From IMG/VR virus record IMGVR_UViG_3300030202_000332, positions 1-53,010 of that record: a DNA stretch of 53,010 bases, one strand, 5' to 3'. The notes under the pieces are model-generated. The model saw nothing but the letters and a program-made list of their open reading frames with translations, had not been told where the DNA came from and did no database searches. This document shows, one piece after another, positions 35,605 through 46,026 of the stretch (positions are counted from its first letter, which is position 1; every line of letters starts with the position of its first letter). Origin of the DNA: a virus. Lineage: Duplodnaviria; Caudoviricetes. Position numbers and translations under genes: made by a program.

Positions 35605-35903
35605 CTATTTTTACTTATCTGATACAATCTCTCATCCATCTTTTGTAAACTTTCTTTAATTTCGTTTACATCCTCTTTTACAGTACTCACGTCTGACTCT
35701 ATCTTTTCTATTGTACTCCTGACTAATTTATCTTTGTACTCGAATTCTACTTTTTGTATCTCTGGCTTTGGCTCTTCCATTGCTCTCGCTATGTCAGCTT
35801 TTAAAACAAAATACATTGATGAAATAGAAATCGTAAATCCTACTATCATTGATATTGTTTTTAAGTCCAAAGTTACATTGGTATCCTCACTAATCTTAGC
35901 CAT
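35601..35903 (-). CDS. Single-TM coiled-coil protein (start corrected to MAKISE)
   Basis: Homolog of 7646..7948. Confidence 0.7.
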   Translation of the reverse strand: MAKISEDTNVTLDLKTISMIVGFTISISSMYFVLKADIARAMEEPKPEIQKVEFEYKDKLVRSTIEKIESDVSTVKEDVNEIKESLQKMDERLYQISKNR

Positions 35904-36075
35904 CTTTCTTAGATTTCTTTTGTTCAGCTTCGTACTCACTCCAGCCATCAGGAGCATTTCCATCCCATTCTATAATAGCACAATTTCCGTCTAATACAAT
36001 GCCGTGTGCGTGAGGTGTAGGAATGCTGTTTAACATTTCTACTAAATCTTCTCTATTTTTAAATTTATACTTCAT
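35896..36075 (-). CDS. Small hypothetical protein (59 aa)
   Basis: Homolog of 7941..8120. Confidence 0.75.
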   Translation of the reverse strand: MKYKFKNREDLVEMLNSIPTPHAHGIVLDGNCAIIEWDGNAPDGWSEYEAEQKKSKKDG

Positions 36076-36208
36076 CTTTTTCTTTTTTTGCTTCTTCTAC
36101 GCTTTCATTTAAAATCTTTACAATGTCTTGTGCTTGTTTTAAAAAAGCAATAGGTAAAGTATTAATAACTTGATTTACTCTGTTTACTTGTTCTTCTGTG
36201 ATTTTCAT
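36065..36208 (-). CDS. Small hypothetical protein (47 aa)
   Basis: Homolog of 8110..8247. Confidence 0.7.
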   Translation of the reverse strand: MKITEEQVNRVNQVINTLPIAFLKQAQDIVKILNESVEEAKKEKDEV

Positions 36209-36245
36209 TTTATATATTTTAAGGTTTATATAAATTTACAAAAAA

Positions 36246-36602
36246 TTATTCAGAAACAGGAACGCCAATAGTTAACTGAATAGAAGGAGGATTTATTTGC
36301 TGATCTAACTTGTTGTCTAAACTAGCTTTTAATTCTGCTACCTTCTCTACTCCCATTGCTGACTCTGTCCAAGCCTGTACCTCAGCCTCCGTTAAATCGT
36401 TAAAAGGTATAAAGTTTTTTATATCACTTACGTCTAAGCTTTGAGTCCCTATGTTAGTTGCTGAATAAGGGTTTCCCTCTGGATTTAATTTATCTGAGTT
36501 TGCAGTTAAGCTCCAATGTATGTTATATACTACATCAGCATAACCTTGATTTTGAGGGTATGCATCTACGATTTTACAATCCCATTTATAAGTTGTTGCC
36601 AT
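36246..36602 (-). CDS. Tail-fibre-associated protein (unit B specific)
   Basis: W.....VV..IHW...FIPF..LTE..V..W pattern common after phage fibre genes. Confidence 0.55.
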   Translation of the reverse strand: MATTYKWDCKIVDAYPQNQGYADVVYNIHWSLTANSDKLNPEGNPYSATNIGTQSLDVSDIKNFIPFNDLTEAEVQAWTESAMGVEKVAELKASLDNKLDQQINPPSIQLTIGVPVSE

Positions 36603-36620
36603 TTTTTATTTATTTATTTA

Positions 36621-37472
36621 TTAGTGTACTACTTTTAGTAAATCTCCAGTTCTGTAAAACGCTCCTGCTGTTAAGCCTGCGGTTGTTGCTGCGGAATTAT
36701 CTGCGTGTTCTGCTAATCCTACTACTTGTAATTTAGCTGTAGGTGCAGTAGTTCCGATTCCTACATTTCCTGCTGAAAAATATGAGTGTGTTGTGCTACC
36801 ATCTAAAGTCAAATATGCAGTTTCTCCACCTGATCCATCATCTGTTTGAAAGATAATGTCTTTATCCGCAGTTGTGTTTTTTATAACCAAATTATTACTA
36901 TCATTGGATAATCTACCAAATTCAGCAGCACTTGCGCCCCTTAACACAATATCATTACCACCTGATGTTAATCTTAAATCATCCACAGTAGAAATATCAA
37001 AATCTCCACTTCCACTTTCTGTTAAGGTTGTAGCATTTGAGCCATCTCCTGTAATAGATATTGATCCTGTTACACTAACACCTGCGCTTGTAGTTTCAAA
37101 CTTTTTACTTCCATTATGATATATAGAAACAGAACCACCTGAAAGAGCTTGTAAAAAAGTGCTACTCCCATCTCCAGTTTTTAACCTTAAATTAGTTCCT
37201 TGCAGTTTTAAATCTCCTGTTCCTGTATCTGCAACGTAAGAATCACTACCATCGTGATATATTTGTAAGTCGCTTCCTGTTCCGTATAAAGATTTTACAT
37301 TGTCTCCGTGAATAGTGTTACCTGACATTGTACCTCCTGCCAAAGGAAGGTATGCACCTAATAAATTGCTTGGAGAAATCCTAACATTATCTGATCCATC
37401 ATATCCTACTACGAAACTTACATCTGATGGACTGGTTTTGGATGTAAAATCACTAAATTTTTTATTTGCCAT
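36621..37472 (-). CDS. Tail fibre protein, type B
   Basis: YLPLAGGTMSG, DLQIYHDG, GNVGIGTT.P motifs; N-terminus shared with A fibre. Confidence 0.8.
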   Translation of the reverse strand: MANKKFSDFTSKTSPSDVSFVVGYDGSDNVRISPSNLLGAYLPLAGGTMSGNTIHGDNVKSLYGTGSDLQIYHDGSDSYVADTGTGDLKLQGTNLRLKTGDGSSTFLQALSGGSVSIYHNGSKKFETTSAGVSVTGSISITGDGSNATTLTESGSGDFDISTVDDLRLTSGGNDIVLRGASAAEFGRLSNDSNNLVIKNTTADKDIIFQTDDGSGGETAYLTLDGSTTHSYFSAGNVGIGTTAPTAKLQVVGLAEHADNSAATTAGLTAGAFYRTGDLLKVVH

Positions 37473-37482
37473 TTTTTTTGTT

Positions 37483-37671
37483 TTATTCTGTTACTATAAA
37501 TGTTAGTGTTGCGCTTTCAGTAATTAAATAATCGCCATTCTCTGCTAATATTTCAAACAATGGAGTAGGTGTACAATCAACTAGAGCTTTATATATTTGC
37601 CCCCAATCAATATCATTATCACAAACGCCATCACCCCACCAAGTACTCTCATATATTTTCCCCCAGCTCAT
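37483..37671 (-). CDS. Small Trp-rich virion peptide with LAENGDYLITE motif
   Basis: Homolog of 10215..10379. Confidence 0.7.
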   Translation of the reverse strand: MSWGKIYESTWWGDGVCDNDIDWGQIYKALVDCTPTPLFEILAENGDYLITESATLTFIVTE

Positions 37672-37784
37672 TACTTATTTGTTTTATATTCTACAGTTAT
37701 ATTTCCTGTATTTGTTTGTACCCAGTTCATATTTAAAAACTTTTTAAGTTTAACTATATTTTTACTTTTCGGTTTGTATATCAC
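37671..37784 (-). CDS. Small basic protein (37 aa)
   Basis: Homolog of 10470..10583. Confidence 0.65.
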   Translation of the reverse strand: MIYKPKSKNIVKLKKFLNMNWVQTNTGNITVEYKTNK

Positions 37785-38281
37785 AGCACCCAACCATTAA
37801 AGGTAGCATCTGAATCTGGATATACATCGCCACCTGTGTTTTGACTATATTCAGGAAACAAATTACTATTAGCTCCCATATAATCTAAAAATCTATTAGT
37901 ATAGTACTCTGCTGTATTTCTCGCTTTTTGTACTATAAAATCTACTTCAGTTTTGTTAACTGTTTCTGCATTTTCTGAAGTGTGTTTAAACATCCCTCCG
38001 TTTTTTATCTGATAAGCTGCGTAAGGTATATACTCTGCTTGAGCGTACCATATTAACATTGGTTGAACATATTCGTTTACTAATGTCAAATAGTTTCCTG
38101 CTAAACCTGAACCTGCAATATCAGCACCTATCTTATCATATAACTTAGTTCCGAGATAATTTTGTATTTCAATCTCTTGAGCTACTTTTACGAATTGAAT
38201 AAATTTATCAGTATCAACATTTCCATCTATGATAGAGTTTTTTACTAAGTCCGTTCTCGTTATAAATAATACTGTCGCCAT
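37781..38281 (-). CDS. Putative head-tail adaptor
   Basis: Homolog of 10580..11080. Confidence 0.5.
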   Translation of the reverse strand: MATVLFITRTDLVKNSIIDGNVDTDKFIQFVKVAQEIEIQNYLGTKLYDKIGADIAGSGLAGNYLTLVNEYVQPMLIWYAQAEYIPYAAYQIKNGGMFKHTSENAETVNKTEVDFIVQKARNTAEYYTNRFLDYMGANSNLFPEYSQNTGGDVYPDSDATFNGWVL

Positions 38282-38283
38282 AA

Positions 38284-40215
38284 TTACCTAATTAAATTAC
38301 CATAAGTGAAACCCATTTTATTCCAATACGCTGCAGTATATCCTTCATATTCCATATTTCTAGGAGCTATAGCAACTTTTTTAGGATTTGTTTTAGGCTT
38401 AAAACCATCGCTTATCGCTTTGTTTGTGCTTACTGTACTGCCTAAACTTCTTTCTCCATCTTTTCTAGCATATATCTTACGAGTCCAGCGATGAAAACAT
38501 CTAGCTCCACCTTTATAAAGCCAAATCGAATAAGTTGCAGCACCACCTTTTCCAAACCCTGCATTGACTGCTATCCTATCCATAGCTATAATATCTTCTT
38601 TACGATAAACTTTTTTAGCTCTCATCATTTTTACACAAAAATTTCTAGATGAACTAGCTAATCCTGGTGCTTTAGTGTACATATATCTAACTAAATATGT
38701 TATATTCTCTTTACCTTTCTTTTTACTTTTACCATCTTGCTCACTTTCTTTGTATGGTGTTGCTTTACCTACTTTTGCAAGTTTTACTTCATTATTTAGT
38801 TGATTAATGTTTTCGTTTAATTCATCGTCTAAATCATAGTCAACTTCGTGTTCATCTATTAAGTCATATTCTTTTAATATGTCCTCTTCGTTTTCTCCTA
38901 AGTTTATAAACTTGTCAAGCTCTGTAGCCTCTTTATGATCTTTACAAGGCATAAACCAAGTCATCCCATTTTCTTCGTGTTCGTGATAACCTTCACAATC
39001 TAACTCTTTAGCTTTTTCAATAGCTTCTTCTTTAGTAGAATATACTTCTTGTCCATCTATCTTTTTTAACTTGACTCCTGTTTCTTCTTCTCTTGTTTCT
39101 GCATCCATAACATTAGTTAAGTCTGTAAATTCAAGTGGCTGAAGCGTTTTAAAGTATAAATGCAAAGAGATATTGTTATAAGCAAGGATTTTATCAAAGG
39201 CATTAATTAAAAGCGTCTGAAAGGGACGTATTACCATATTGTCCATTAAGATACTTGCTGTTTTTAATTCGTCTGCATTACTGCCAAAACCTGTATTATC
39301 TTTTACTCCAAGTAACATAGGGCTGACAACTCTATGTGCAACCATAATCTTTTTAGAACTTTCATCACTTAAAAACTGATATTGATTATGAGCATCACTT
39401 AATTGAATAGGCTCTATTGTTGCAGCGGTACTAGGATCATCATTAAAACTAAGAATGAACTTACCAGCATTGCTAGTCCCTGAAAATTTCTGGTATATTC
39501 TTTGCTCTATTAACTCTCTTTCCTCTGGCGAGGGAGTTCCATTATTCATATTAATTAACATACTAGGAGCAAGTCCATTAAGAATGTTGTTTAAATGATA
39601 ATTAGATATTTCTTGTTCTAGTTCTGCGTATTGTGTACCTCCCTCATAATCTGGTGGACTATAATATTTGTATCCTGAACGATAAGGCTTGACATAAAGA
39701 ATTTCTAGTCCTTCTTTAGACATTCCGAATGCAGGTATCCTTCTTAGTTTGCTACTTCGTTTGTATTTACTCCAGTCATTAAAATAAAAATAAGCTGGTA
39801 CTTCGCCTTTGTCATTGCATTTTTCGGCTCTTAGTGTTTCAACAGGTATATGTTCTAGCTTTACAATTCTTGATCTGTCTTTAGAATAAATAACTTGTAT
39901 TGCACACTGTCCCATTAATTTTAAGTCAGAACATAATCTTCTTACTACCTCATCTTTAAATAAAGAAATCATCATAGCGTATTGATCAGGGCGTCTATGT
40001 GAATCAGTAGCATCTAAGCCTTTTCCGTAAATCATCTCTGTGATACCATTAATAATAGCCATATTTGTCGGTGAGCCATTATATCTGTCTATTAAGTATT
40101 GAAAATAATTGTTGTCAGAGCCAAACTCTACCCAATCAGTACCTGCTTTCTCTTTTACTTGCGGAGAGGTATATGTACTTAAATTAACAATGCTTAATTG
40201 TGTCTTATTTTTCAT
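38284..40215 (-). CDS. Portal protein
   Basis: Homolog of 11084..13018. Confidence 0.8.
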   Translation of the reverse strand: MKNKTQLSIVNLSTYTSPQVKEKAGTDWVEFGSDNNYFQYLIDRYNGSPTNMAIINGITEMIYGKGLDATDSHRRPDQYAMMISLFKDEVVRRLCSDLKLMGQCAIQVIYSKDRSRIVKLEHIPVETLRAEKCNDKGEVPAYFYFNDWSKYKRSSKLRRIPAFGMSKEGLEILYVKPYRSGYKYYSPPDYEGGTQYAELEQEISNYHLNNILNGLAPSMLINMNNGTPSPEERELIEQRIYQKFSGTSNAGKFILSFNDDPSTAATIEPIQLSDAHNQYQFLSDESSKKIMVAHRVVSPMLLGVKDNTGFGSNADELKTASILMDNMVIRPFQTLLINAFDKILAYNNISLHLYFKTLQPLEFTDLTNVMDAETREEETGVKLKKIDGQEVYSTKEEAIEKAKELDCEGYHEHEENGMTWFMPCKDHKEATELDKFINLGENEEDILKEYDLIDEHEVDYDLDDELNENINQLNNEVKLAKVGKATPYKESEQDGKSKKKGKENITYLVRYMYTKAPGLASSSRNFCVKMMRAKKVYRKEDIIAMDRIAVNAGFGKGGAATYSIWLYKGGARCFHRWTRKIYARKDGERSLGSTVSTNKAISDGFKPKTNPKKVAIAPRNMEYEGYTAAYWNKMGFTYGNLIR

Positions 40216-40577
40216 ATTATAATATAATCATTATCGTAAGCATCTGTACCAGTTGGAACTGTATAAGATCCTTCGTTAACTGTGTAATAATCATTGTTTG
40301 TTTGATTAATTGTTTGATCTGTACAGAAAATCTTATCTTTATAAATAACACTTGATCCCTCTTTGACTGTTAAATCGTAAAACCTTCCCTCTACTAATAC
40401 TGGACTTAGTGCTTTAGATATTACAAGATAGTTTTTATCGGTTGTTGTTGTAATACTTGAATAAGTTGTTGATGTGTTTGTTGAATCGTCTCTTACTATC
40501 ATACTAACAGTACCGCCATAACTTCTAGGAATTATTTTCATAGTTTGTGCTGATCCTGTTGTTGTCAAGTGTATCAT
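40212..40577 (-). CDS. Putative virion structural protein (start corrected to MIHLTT)
   Basis: Homolog of 13015..13380. Confidence 0.6.
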   Translation of the reverse strand: MIHLTTTGSAQTMKIIPRSYGGTVSMIVRDDSTNTSTTYSSITTTTDKNYLVISKALSPVLVEGRFYDLTVKEGSSVIYKDKIFCTDQTINQTNNDYYTVNEGSYTVPTGTDAYDNDYIII

Positions 40578-40583
40578 ACTTAT

Positions 40584-40607
40584 ATAACGTACTATCTTTA
40601 AATTTTG
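40584..40607 (-). promoter_or_regulatory. Late-promoter motif, 6 nt before ATG
   Basis: CAAAA-N13-CGTTAT. Confidence 0.8.
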
Positions 40608-40611
40608 TACA

Positions 40612-40717
40612 TAAAAAAAGGTGGTAATTAAACCACCCTTCTTACTAAACAAATTATGAAAACTTATAAAGTTTAAATAAAGATATAAAAAAAAGGGATA
40701 CGATTTACATACCCCTT
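40612..40717 (-). terminator. Two tandem intrinsic terminators
   Basis: Hairpin+T-run at ~40612-40640 and ~40687-40717. Confidence 0.7.
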
Positions 40718-40747
40718 AATTTTTTTTGATAACAAAGTTAAATCCTA

Positions 40748-41284
40748 TTAGTTAGGAGTTATTTGCGAGCCTTGAGTTGCACCTGTTACAACTGTTGAAA
40801 CTGTAAAGTCTGGTGCTGCCATTTCTTGTGCAACAAAAGTTAATGAGTAACCATTTAAGTCGCCCATTGCTGCTCCATTAGAAAAAGTTCCAGTCGTTAG
40901 TTCACAACCATTAACTTTACCCATTAAATAATAAGAGCTACCTGCTTCGCCACTATAAGCCTCAACCCAAATATGTGGACGAGCAATAGCAAGAAGTCTT
41001 ATTTCTTCTTGAGTGTGTCTGTCTTGGAATGTAAAGTTTAAAGTTAATGTACTTTCATAAAATGTAGTACCATTTTCTCTAGAACTTGTTACAGTAGTTT
41101 CCATCGTAGAGTTACCTTTGAGATCAAACTGATATAAAGTAGGGCTACCTGCAATAGATGCTATTTCAAAATCTGTAATAGTGATTGCGCCTAAAGTACC
41201 GAAATCTGCAAAGTAAACTGACTTCAAGCCACCTACTCCTGATTTACAGGGTACTTTTCTACCTTTAGTTAATAAACAAGCCAT
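40748..41284 (-). CDS. Major tail tube protein
   Basis: Homolog of 13618..14142. Confidence 0.7.
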   Translation of the reverse strand: MACLLTKGRKVPCKSGVGGLKSVYFADFGTLGAITITDFEIASIAGSPTLYQFDLKGNSTMETTVTSSRENGTTFYESTLTLNFTFQDRHTQEEIRLLAIARPHIWVEAYSGEAGSSYYLMGKVNGCELTTGTFSNGAAMGDLNGYSLTFVAQEMAAPDFTVSTVVTGATQGSQITPN

Positions 41285-41379
41285 ATCGATTATATTTTTT
41301 ATTTTAACTTATTGAAAATCAACAAGTTAGGTTAATATTATAAAAAGGGTAGCGTTAACTACCCCTCTTAGATTAGTTA

Positions 41380-42309
41380 TTAAGAATAGTAAACAATATC
41401 TGCTCCTACCCCAATTTGACATCCTGCCGTATAACGCATAATAACTCTCACATTATTACTGCCATCTTTGTCAGCCATATCAATAAATCGTACCTCATTT
41501 AAATCTGAAGTTAAACCAGTTCCGAAGAAAAGGTTGCTCTTATAAGTAAGAAGCATTTTGTTATTACCCATTCCGTTACAAACAAACACTGGAATACCTT
41601 CAAAAGTTAATTGCGCTCCGTTAGAATACCAAGAAGTACCTTGATTGTTGATACCCGCAGCACCTAAACCAGAAGTCCCGAAACCTCCTAAAGCTCTAAT
41701 ATAAGCTCTAGCTACATTTGTTGATACATAAAGAGTTAAGTCTGATTTCTGTAATGTTGCTTTATTAGCAGCATCTACTACAGCTCCCATTTGTGCAATT
41801 ACATTTGCAGAATCAACAGCAACTGCTGTAACATCTACTACGTCTGAGTCTGCCAAAGCAAGAGCTTGAAAACCATCAAAGTCATCAGCACCTGCAGCAC
41901 CTGCCCAGATTGAAGTTTCTAAAGCGTCTGCTACTTGAGCAGCAACTCTTGAGATTACATACTCCTCGAAAGAAGCTGGAATATCAGCATAAGCTGAGAA
42001 GCCCATCTCTATAGCTTGCCATTCGTCTCTCAATTCTTTTTTACAAAGTTGAGCATTAGCTTGTAATTCTTTTGTTGTTAATACTTTTTCTGTTAGAGTA
42101 AGTGAAGTCGTTGTTGCATCAAAGTCACACGAAGCACCTTTTACTACATTTGCCCAAGCACCTACCTGTAATACAGATTTGTACTTTACATTAGGCATAA
42201 TTGTTACCGCACCAGCATCTAAAGTTGATGCACTAAGCAACGCTGCCCCTAAGATTTTACCACTAAATTCACCTGCGTAACTTCCAGCGGTATAAGTTGG
42301 ATTTGCCAT
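41380..42309 (-). CDS. Major capsid protein
   Basis: Homolog of 14197..15126. Confidence 0.8.
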   Translation of the reverse strand: MANPTYTAGSYAGEFSGKILGAALLSASTLDAGAVTIMPNVKYKSVLQVGAWANVVKGASCDFDATTTSLTLTEKVLTTKELQANAQLCKKELRDEWQAIEMGFSAYADIPASFEEYVISRVAAQVADALETSIWAGAAGADDFDGFQALALADSDVVDVTAVAVDSANVIAQMGAVVDAANKATLQKSDLTLYVSTNVARAYIRALGGFGTSGLGAAGINNQGTSWYSNGAQLTFEGIPVFVCNGMGNNKMLLTYKSNLFFGTGLTSDLNEVRFIDMADKDGSNNVRVIMRYTAGCQIGVGADIVYYS

Positions 42310-42321
42310 TTTTAATTAATT

Positions 42322-42909
42322 TTAATTATTATACATTTTACTTAATACACGATCTAAAGAAGTTTGTTTTCTGTTTTGTGCATACTTTAGATTGATCTTT
42401 TTGTCTTCCATTTCTGGATTATGAGAAATAGGCTCTGCTGCTGGAGTTTCTGACAACTCTTGCTTTACCTGTTGCTCTACTTTTTTAAAATCTTCTTTTT
42501 CTCCCATTTTAGATTTTAAATCTGCAATAGCATCTTCAAGATTTTTAATTCTTTTTTCCATACCTGCCCAGTCATCAACTGCTGCTTCTTTTCCGTCATC
42601 TACTGACTCTTCTTCTGCTAGTTCATCTTCTTTTTGTGGTACGTCATCAGAAACAACTCTGTAATCTGCAATGATTCCTTCTTCTTCAACTACAAGAAGT
42701 TTACCATCTTCCATCACATATTCACCAACAGGCATTGCTACTTTTTCATCATCTGTAATGATAAAGATTTCATCTCCTGCTTTAAATGATTCTGATTCTA
42801 CAATTGTTCCGTTTTCAAGTTTAGCTTGTGCTAACTCTACTTGTACTTCCTCTAGAGTTTCTTCTCCTAAGAAAGTTTTGATATTTTTTAAGATTTCTGT
42901 TGCTTTCAT
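42322..42909 (-). CDS. Scaffolding protein
   Basis: Homolog of 15139..15759. Confidence 0.65.
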   Translation of the reverse strand: MKATEILKNIKTFLGEETLEEVQVELAQAKLENGTIVESESFKAGDEIFIITDDEKVAMPVGEYVMEDGKLLVVEEEGIIADYRVVSDDVPQKEDELAEEESVDDGKEAAVDDWAGMEKRIKNLEDAIADLKSKMGEKEDFKKVEQQVKQELSETPAAEPISHNPEMEDKKINLKYAQNRKQTSLDRVLSKMYNN

Positions 42910-42915
42910 ATTACT

Positions 42916-42939
42916 ATAACGGTTATTAATTATTATTTG
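42916..42939 (-). promoter_or_regulatory. Late-promoter motif, 6 nt before ATG
   Basis: CAAAT-N13-CGTTAT. Confidence 0.8.
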
Positions 42940-42948
42940 TATTTTTGA

Positions 42949-43095
42949 TTATGTTGTTTTTGTTATGTTGCCGATTCCTTGATTAATCATATCCCCTTTG
43001 CAGCACTCTACTGAGTACTCATCTCTATCTGCGCATAGACATCCTCTGCGTGATCCTTTGGGACTTGTTCTGCTTGGTGTTCTAAATTTATTCAT
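42949..43095 (-). CDS. Cys-rich peptide (48 aa)
   Basis: Homolog of 15799..15942. Confidence 0.75.
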   Translation of the reverse strand: MNKFRTPSRTSPKGSRRGCLCADRDEYSVECCKGDMINQGIGNITKTT

Positions 43096-43211
43096 CTACC
43101 TTGTCCTTTATATATTTTTTTATATCCTGTTTGTCCTTTACTCGCATTCTTGCTATGTGGATGCGATTTTCTTTTTGGTTTAATATATGCTTTGATTACA
43201 TTCCTAGCCAT
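43092..43211 (-). CDS. Basic peptide (39 aa)
   Basis: Homolog of 15939..16058. Confidence 0.75.
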   Translation of the reverse strand: MARNVIKAYIKPKRKSHPHSKNASKGQTGYKKIYKGQGR

Positions 43212-44130
43212 CTAATTCTTTAATCTTGCTTTCGCTCCATCTTAAAGCAGCTTTACCACCCCAAAGCAAATAAGAGATAGTACCGCAAGCTTCTTTGTCT
43301 GATTCATTATAATATTCATCAGCTCTGCTTAAATAAGAGTACATTCTTTTTATTGTTTCTTTTGAAACTGGTTTACCTTGTGATAGTTGTTTAGCTCGTA
43401 TCTTGCCAACTTGAGTAGCACACTTGTTGTTTACTTTCTCGTTTAATTCTATACCTCTCTTAGCGTTGTTCTTTACTGCTTGAGGGTAATCACTATATGC
43501 TTCGTATTCCCTTCTCTTACCACCTTTAATTCGTTTGTCTTGTTTTACTATTGATCTTATAGTTGATAGCATTTGTTCTGCTTCTTCTTCGTCAAAGTCG
43601 TTTATTGGCTCTTGGGGGCGTTCAGCTTTGTCAGCAAAGTAACCCTCTATTGAGAATCCTTTAACTTTTCCTGTTTTTACATATTCATCCCAAACCTCGT
43701 CAGAGTTTACCTTAACAGCACCCATCCAAGTACCTACTGGAACATTTAAACCATACTTTCTAGATTTGTCGTGTACTTCGTCCTCTACTAGCCAAGACTC
43801 AACTAGAGTTAATCCTTTTAGTTTGTGAAGGTGTTCTAGTGTTGTGTTGTTTTGATTTCCATTCATTAAATACAACTGAGATGCTTTTTCAATTGTCTTT
43901 TTAGAGAAATAGATGTAATAATCTTCTTCTTTGTTTTGTCTGTAGATTGGTTTGTTTGGAACTAACAATGCACCCATTAAGATACGCTTGTCGCTTGATA
44001 CTTCAGCTAGCTTTACCTCTTGTGATTTTAAAGCAATAAAATCTTCTTCAATTGCTGGTGATTCCACTAATGAAATAGCTTCAATCCCTGAAAATATACC
44101 ATCTCCTAAAATAAGCTCTATAATCTTCAT
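43204..44130 (-). CDS. Prohead protease (XkdF-like)
   Basis: Homolog of 16058..17077 lacking the last Cys module. Confidence 0.75.
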   Translation of the reverse strand: MKIIELILGDGIFSGIEAISLVESPAIEEDFIALKSQEVKLAEVSSDKRILMGALLVPNKPIYRQNKEEDYYIYFSKKTIEKASQLYLMNGNQNNTTLEHLHKLKGLTLVESWLVEDEVHDKSRKYGLNVPVGTWMGAVKVNSDEVWDEYVKTGKVKGFSIEGYFADKAERPQEPINDFDEEEAEQMLSTIRSIVKQDKRIKGGKRREYEAYSDYPQAVKNNAKRGIELNEKVNNKCATQVGKIRAKQLSQGKPVSKETIKRMYSYLSRADEYYNESDKEACGTISYLLWGGKAALRWSESKIKELDG

Positions 44131-44136
44131 ATTATT

Positions 44137-44160
44137 ATAACGAATTAATTTATTATTTTG
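44137..44160 (-). promoter_or_regulatory. Late-promoter motif, 6 nt before ATG
   Basis: CAAAA-N13-CGTTAT. Confidence 0.8.
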
Positions 44161-44161
44161 T

Positions 44162-45895
44162 TTATCCTATACTTGCACTAGTGATTATGTTTCTGTCTAA
44201 CTCTTGTGCAGTTGTTACATCTCCACTTACAACAAATGCTTGAACTGGTGGTTGATCACCTAATAATGATGCTATTTGATTCACACCACTTGCACCAACT
44301 GTGCTAAATTGTGGAGGTAATGACGGAGCTGAAACAGAGCTAACACTACTTGCTGTGCTTGCAGCAGTTGTATCTACTGATACTCCACCTCCTGCACCTA
44401 ATCCTGAAGCTACGTTTTTACTCTTGCCCACTGCTGAAGATATAGCACTAATAATTCCTGCTGCCTGTAAAGCATATGCAATTAACATTGGTATGTTTTG
44501 AGGAAAACCAATTTTCGCTGTTTGAGCTGTACCCTCTGCAACTGCTGCACTTGATCTTGCAGCAACTAAACTACTAAAGGTAATAGTCTTGCGAGCTTCT
44601 TCTATCATCTCTTGAGCTGATAATATTTGTTTAGCAATAAGAGCTGCCTTACCTGCTTTGGTTTCTGCACCAAATAAAGCTATAGCTCCATCAACTGCTT
44701 TTCTTTTTGCATCTAATACTCTTTGCTCAATATCTTGTTTCATTTTAGCAATTCTTTCAGCTCTAGCAACATCATCTTTATCAGCCTGTTCTTCATCTGC
44801 TCTGGCTTGATTTTGTCTAGCTGTTAATTCTTCAAAGGTTTCTTTGCTAACATATCCTACTCCAGGTATAAAGAATTGATTATCTATTAAATCTTTTTCA
44901 AATGCTTTTTGTGCTAAAGTTTTCGCTTGTACGTCCTCATTAACTGCTTTTGTTGATTTTTCAATAGACTTTGTTGTTTTATCAACTACTTCTGTTTGTT
45001 CTTTAATAGAATCGTTTAAGTTTCTTGTTACGTTTTCGGCTGCTAATGCTTCTTCGGTTAATTGCATATATTTTTCATTCAACATTCCTATAAACTCATC
45101 CTCTTCAGCAATTCGCTTATTGTATTTAACTCTTTTGGCTACTGCCTTCTCTAAAGCCTTACCAGGAGATTCTATAGCTAGCGTCTCCAACCTTTCTACT
45201 TCTTGTAAATCTCCCATTCTTTCTTTAATTTGTTTAGCTTCTTCCTCAGCTATTAAAGCAGCGAATGCGTCTGCCTTAGCTCTTTTTTGACTCGCTTCGA
45301 TGTAAGGCTGAGTCATCTCTACTACTTTTTGTAACGCACCCTCTTGATCTAATGTTACACCATTTAAACCTTTAACTGTTTCTGTTAGTTTTGTTAATGC
45401 TTCAGTTCTAGCTTTTTCATCTGCTGTTACATCTAATACAACATCTCTTAAAGTTTCTAAACCTCTTGATGCGTTTGCAGCAGCTACTTCTGCTTCGCCT
45501 ACAGTTTCAGTAAACTTTTCTAGTCTTGGATTTGTAATCCCTAAAGCATCAGTTACTTTGTCAAAATTATTAACCAGATAACCTACAGCAATTACAGCAA
45601 CACCAATACCTGTTGCAAGCAAAGCACCTTTCAACCCTTTAAGGCTTTTACCTGTAAGTCCTACTGCTTCCCCTGCGTCTTTAAAGGTTTGCGCCATACC
45701 TCCAGTAAGCTGATTAAGAATACCCATAGCACCACCATTCTCTGAAACTCTAGTTGTTAATTTTTCAGTTTGTTTTGTGGTTCCTTTCTCTTGCTTTTCT
45801 AATTTATTTAAACTTTGCGATACGTCATTTATATCTGCAACAGCTTCTTCAGCACCTACTGTTTTTAATTCTACCTCAACTACTTTCTTTGCCAT
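44162..45895 (-). CDS. Tape measure protein
   Basis: Ala-rich coiled coil; C-terminus shared with A. Confidence 0.8.
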   Translation of the reverse strand: MAKKVVEVELKTVGAEEAVADINDVSQSLNKLEKQEKGTTKQTEKLTTRVSENGGAMGILNQLTGGMAQTFKDAGEAVGLTGKSLKGLKGALLATGIGVAVIAVGYLVNNFDKVTDALGITNPRLEKFTETVGEAEVAAANASRGLETLRDVVLDVTADEKARTEALTKLTETVKGLNGVTLDQEGALQKVVEMTQPYIEASQKRAKADAFAALIAEEEAKQIKERMGDLQEVERLETLAIESPGKALEKAVAKRVKYNKRIAEEDEFIGMLNEKYMQLTEEALAAENVTRNLNDSIKEQTEVVDKTTKSIEKSTKAVNEDVQAKTLAQKAFEKDLIDNQFFIPGVGYVSKETFEELTARQNQARADEEQADKDDVARAERIAKMKQDIEQRVLDAKRKAVDGAIALFGAETKAGKAALIAKQILSAQEMIEEARKTITFSSLVAARSSAAVAEGTAQTAKIGFPQNIPMLIAYALQAAGIISAISSAVGKSKNVASGLGAGGGVSVDTTAASTASSVSSVSAPSLPPQFSTVGASGVNQIASLLGDQPPVQAFVVSGDVTTAQELDRNIITSASIG

Positions 45896-46026
45896 TTTAT
45901 TTCGTTTTTAAATTGTTTCATACCCTCCTTAAATGTTTCAGGTATTTTATATTTACCTTTTGCTATTTTAATGTTTTCTGTTTCGCCTTTCGCATAAGGC
46001 AACATATCTATTATATTCTTTATCAT
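45880..46026 (-). CDS. Small conserved protein (48 aa)
   Basis: Homolog of 18776..18925. Confidence 0.7.
   Translation of the reverse strand: MIKNIIDMLPYAKGETENIKIAKGKYKIPETFKEGMKQFKNEIKWQRK

Noticed and set aside
40578-40652. N-terminal extensions in the ORF track (40652, 35963, 29442, 10463 starts)
   Set aside because: They are absent from the homolog in the other unit and run through promoters, terminators or other conserved ORFs.
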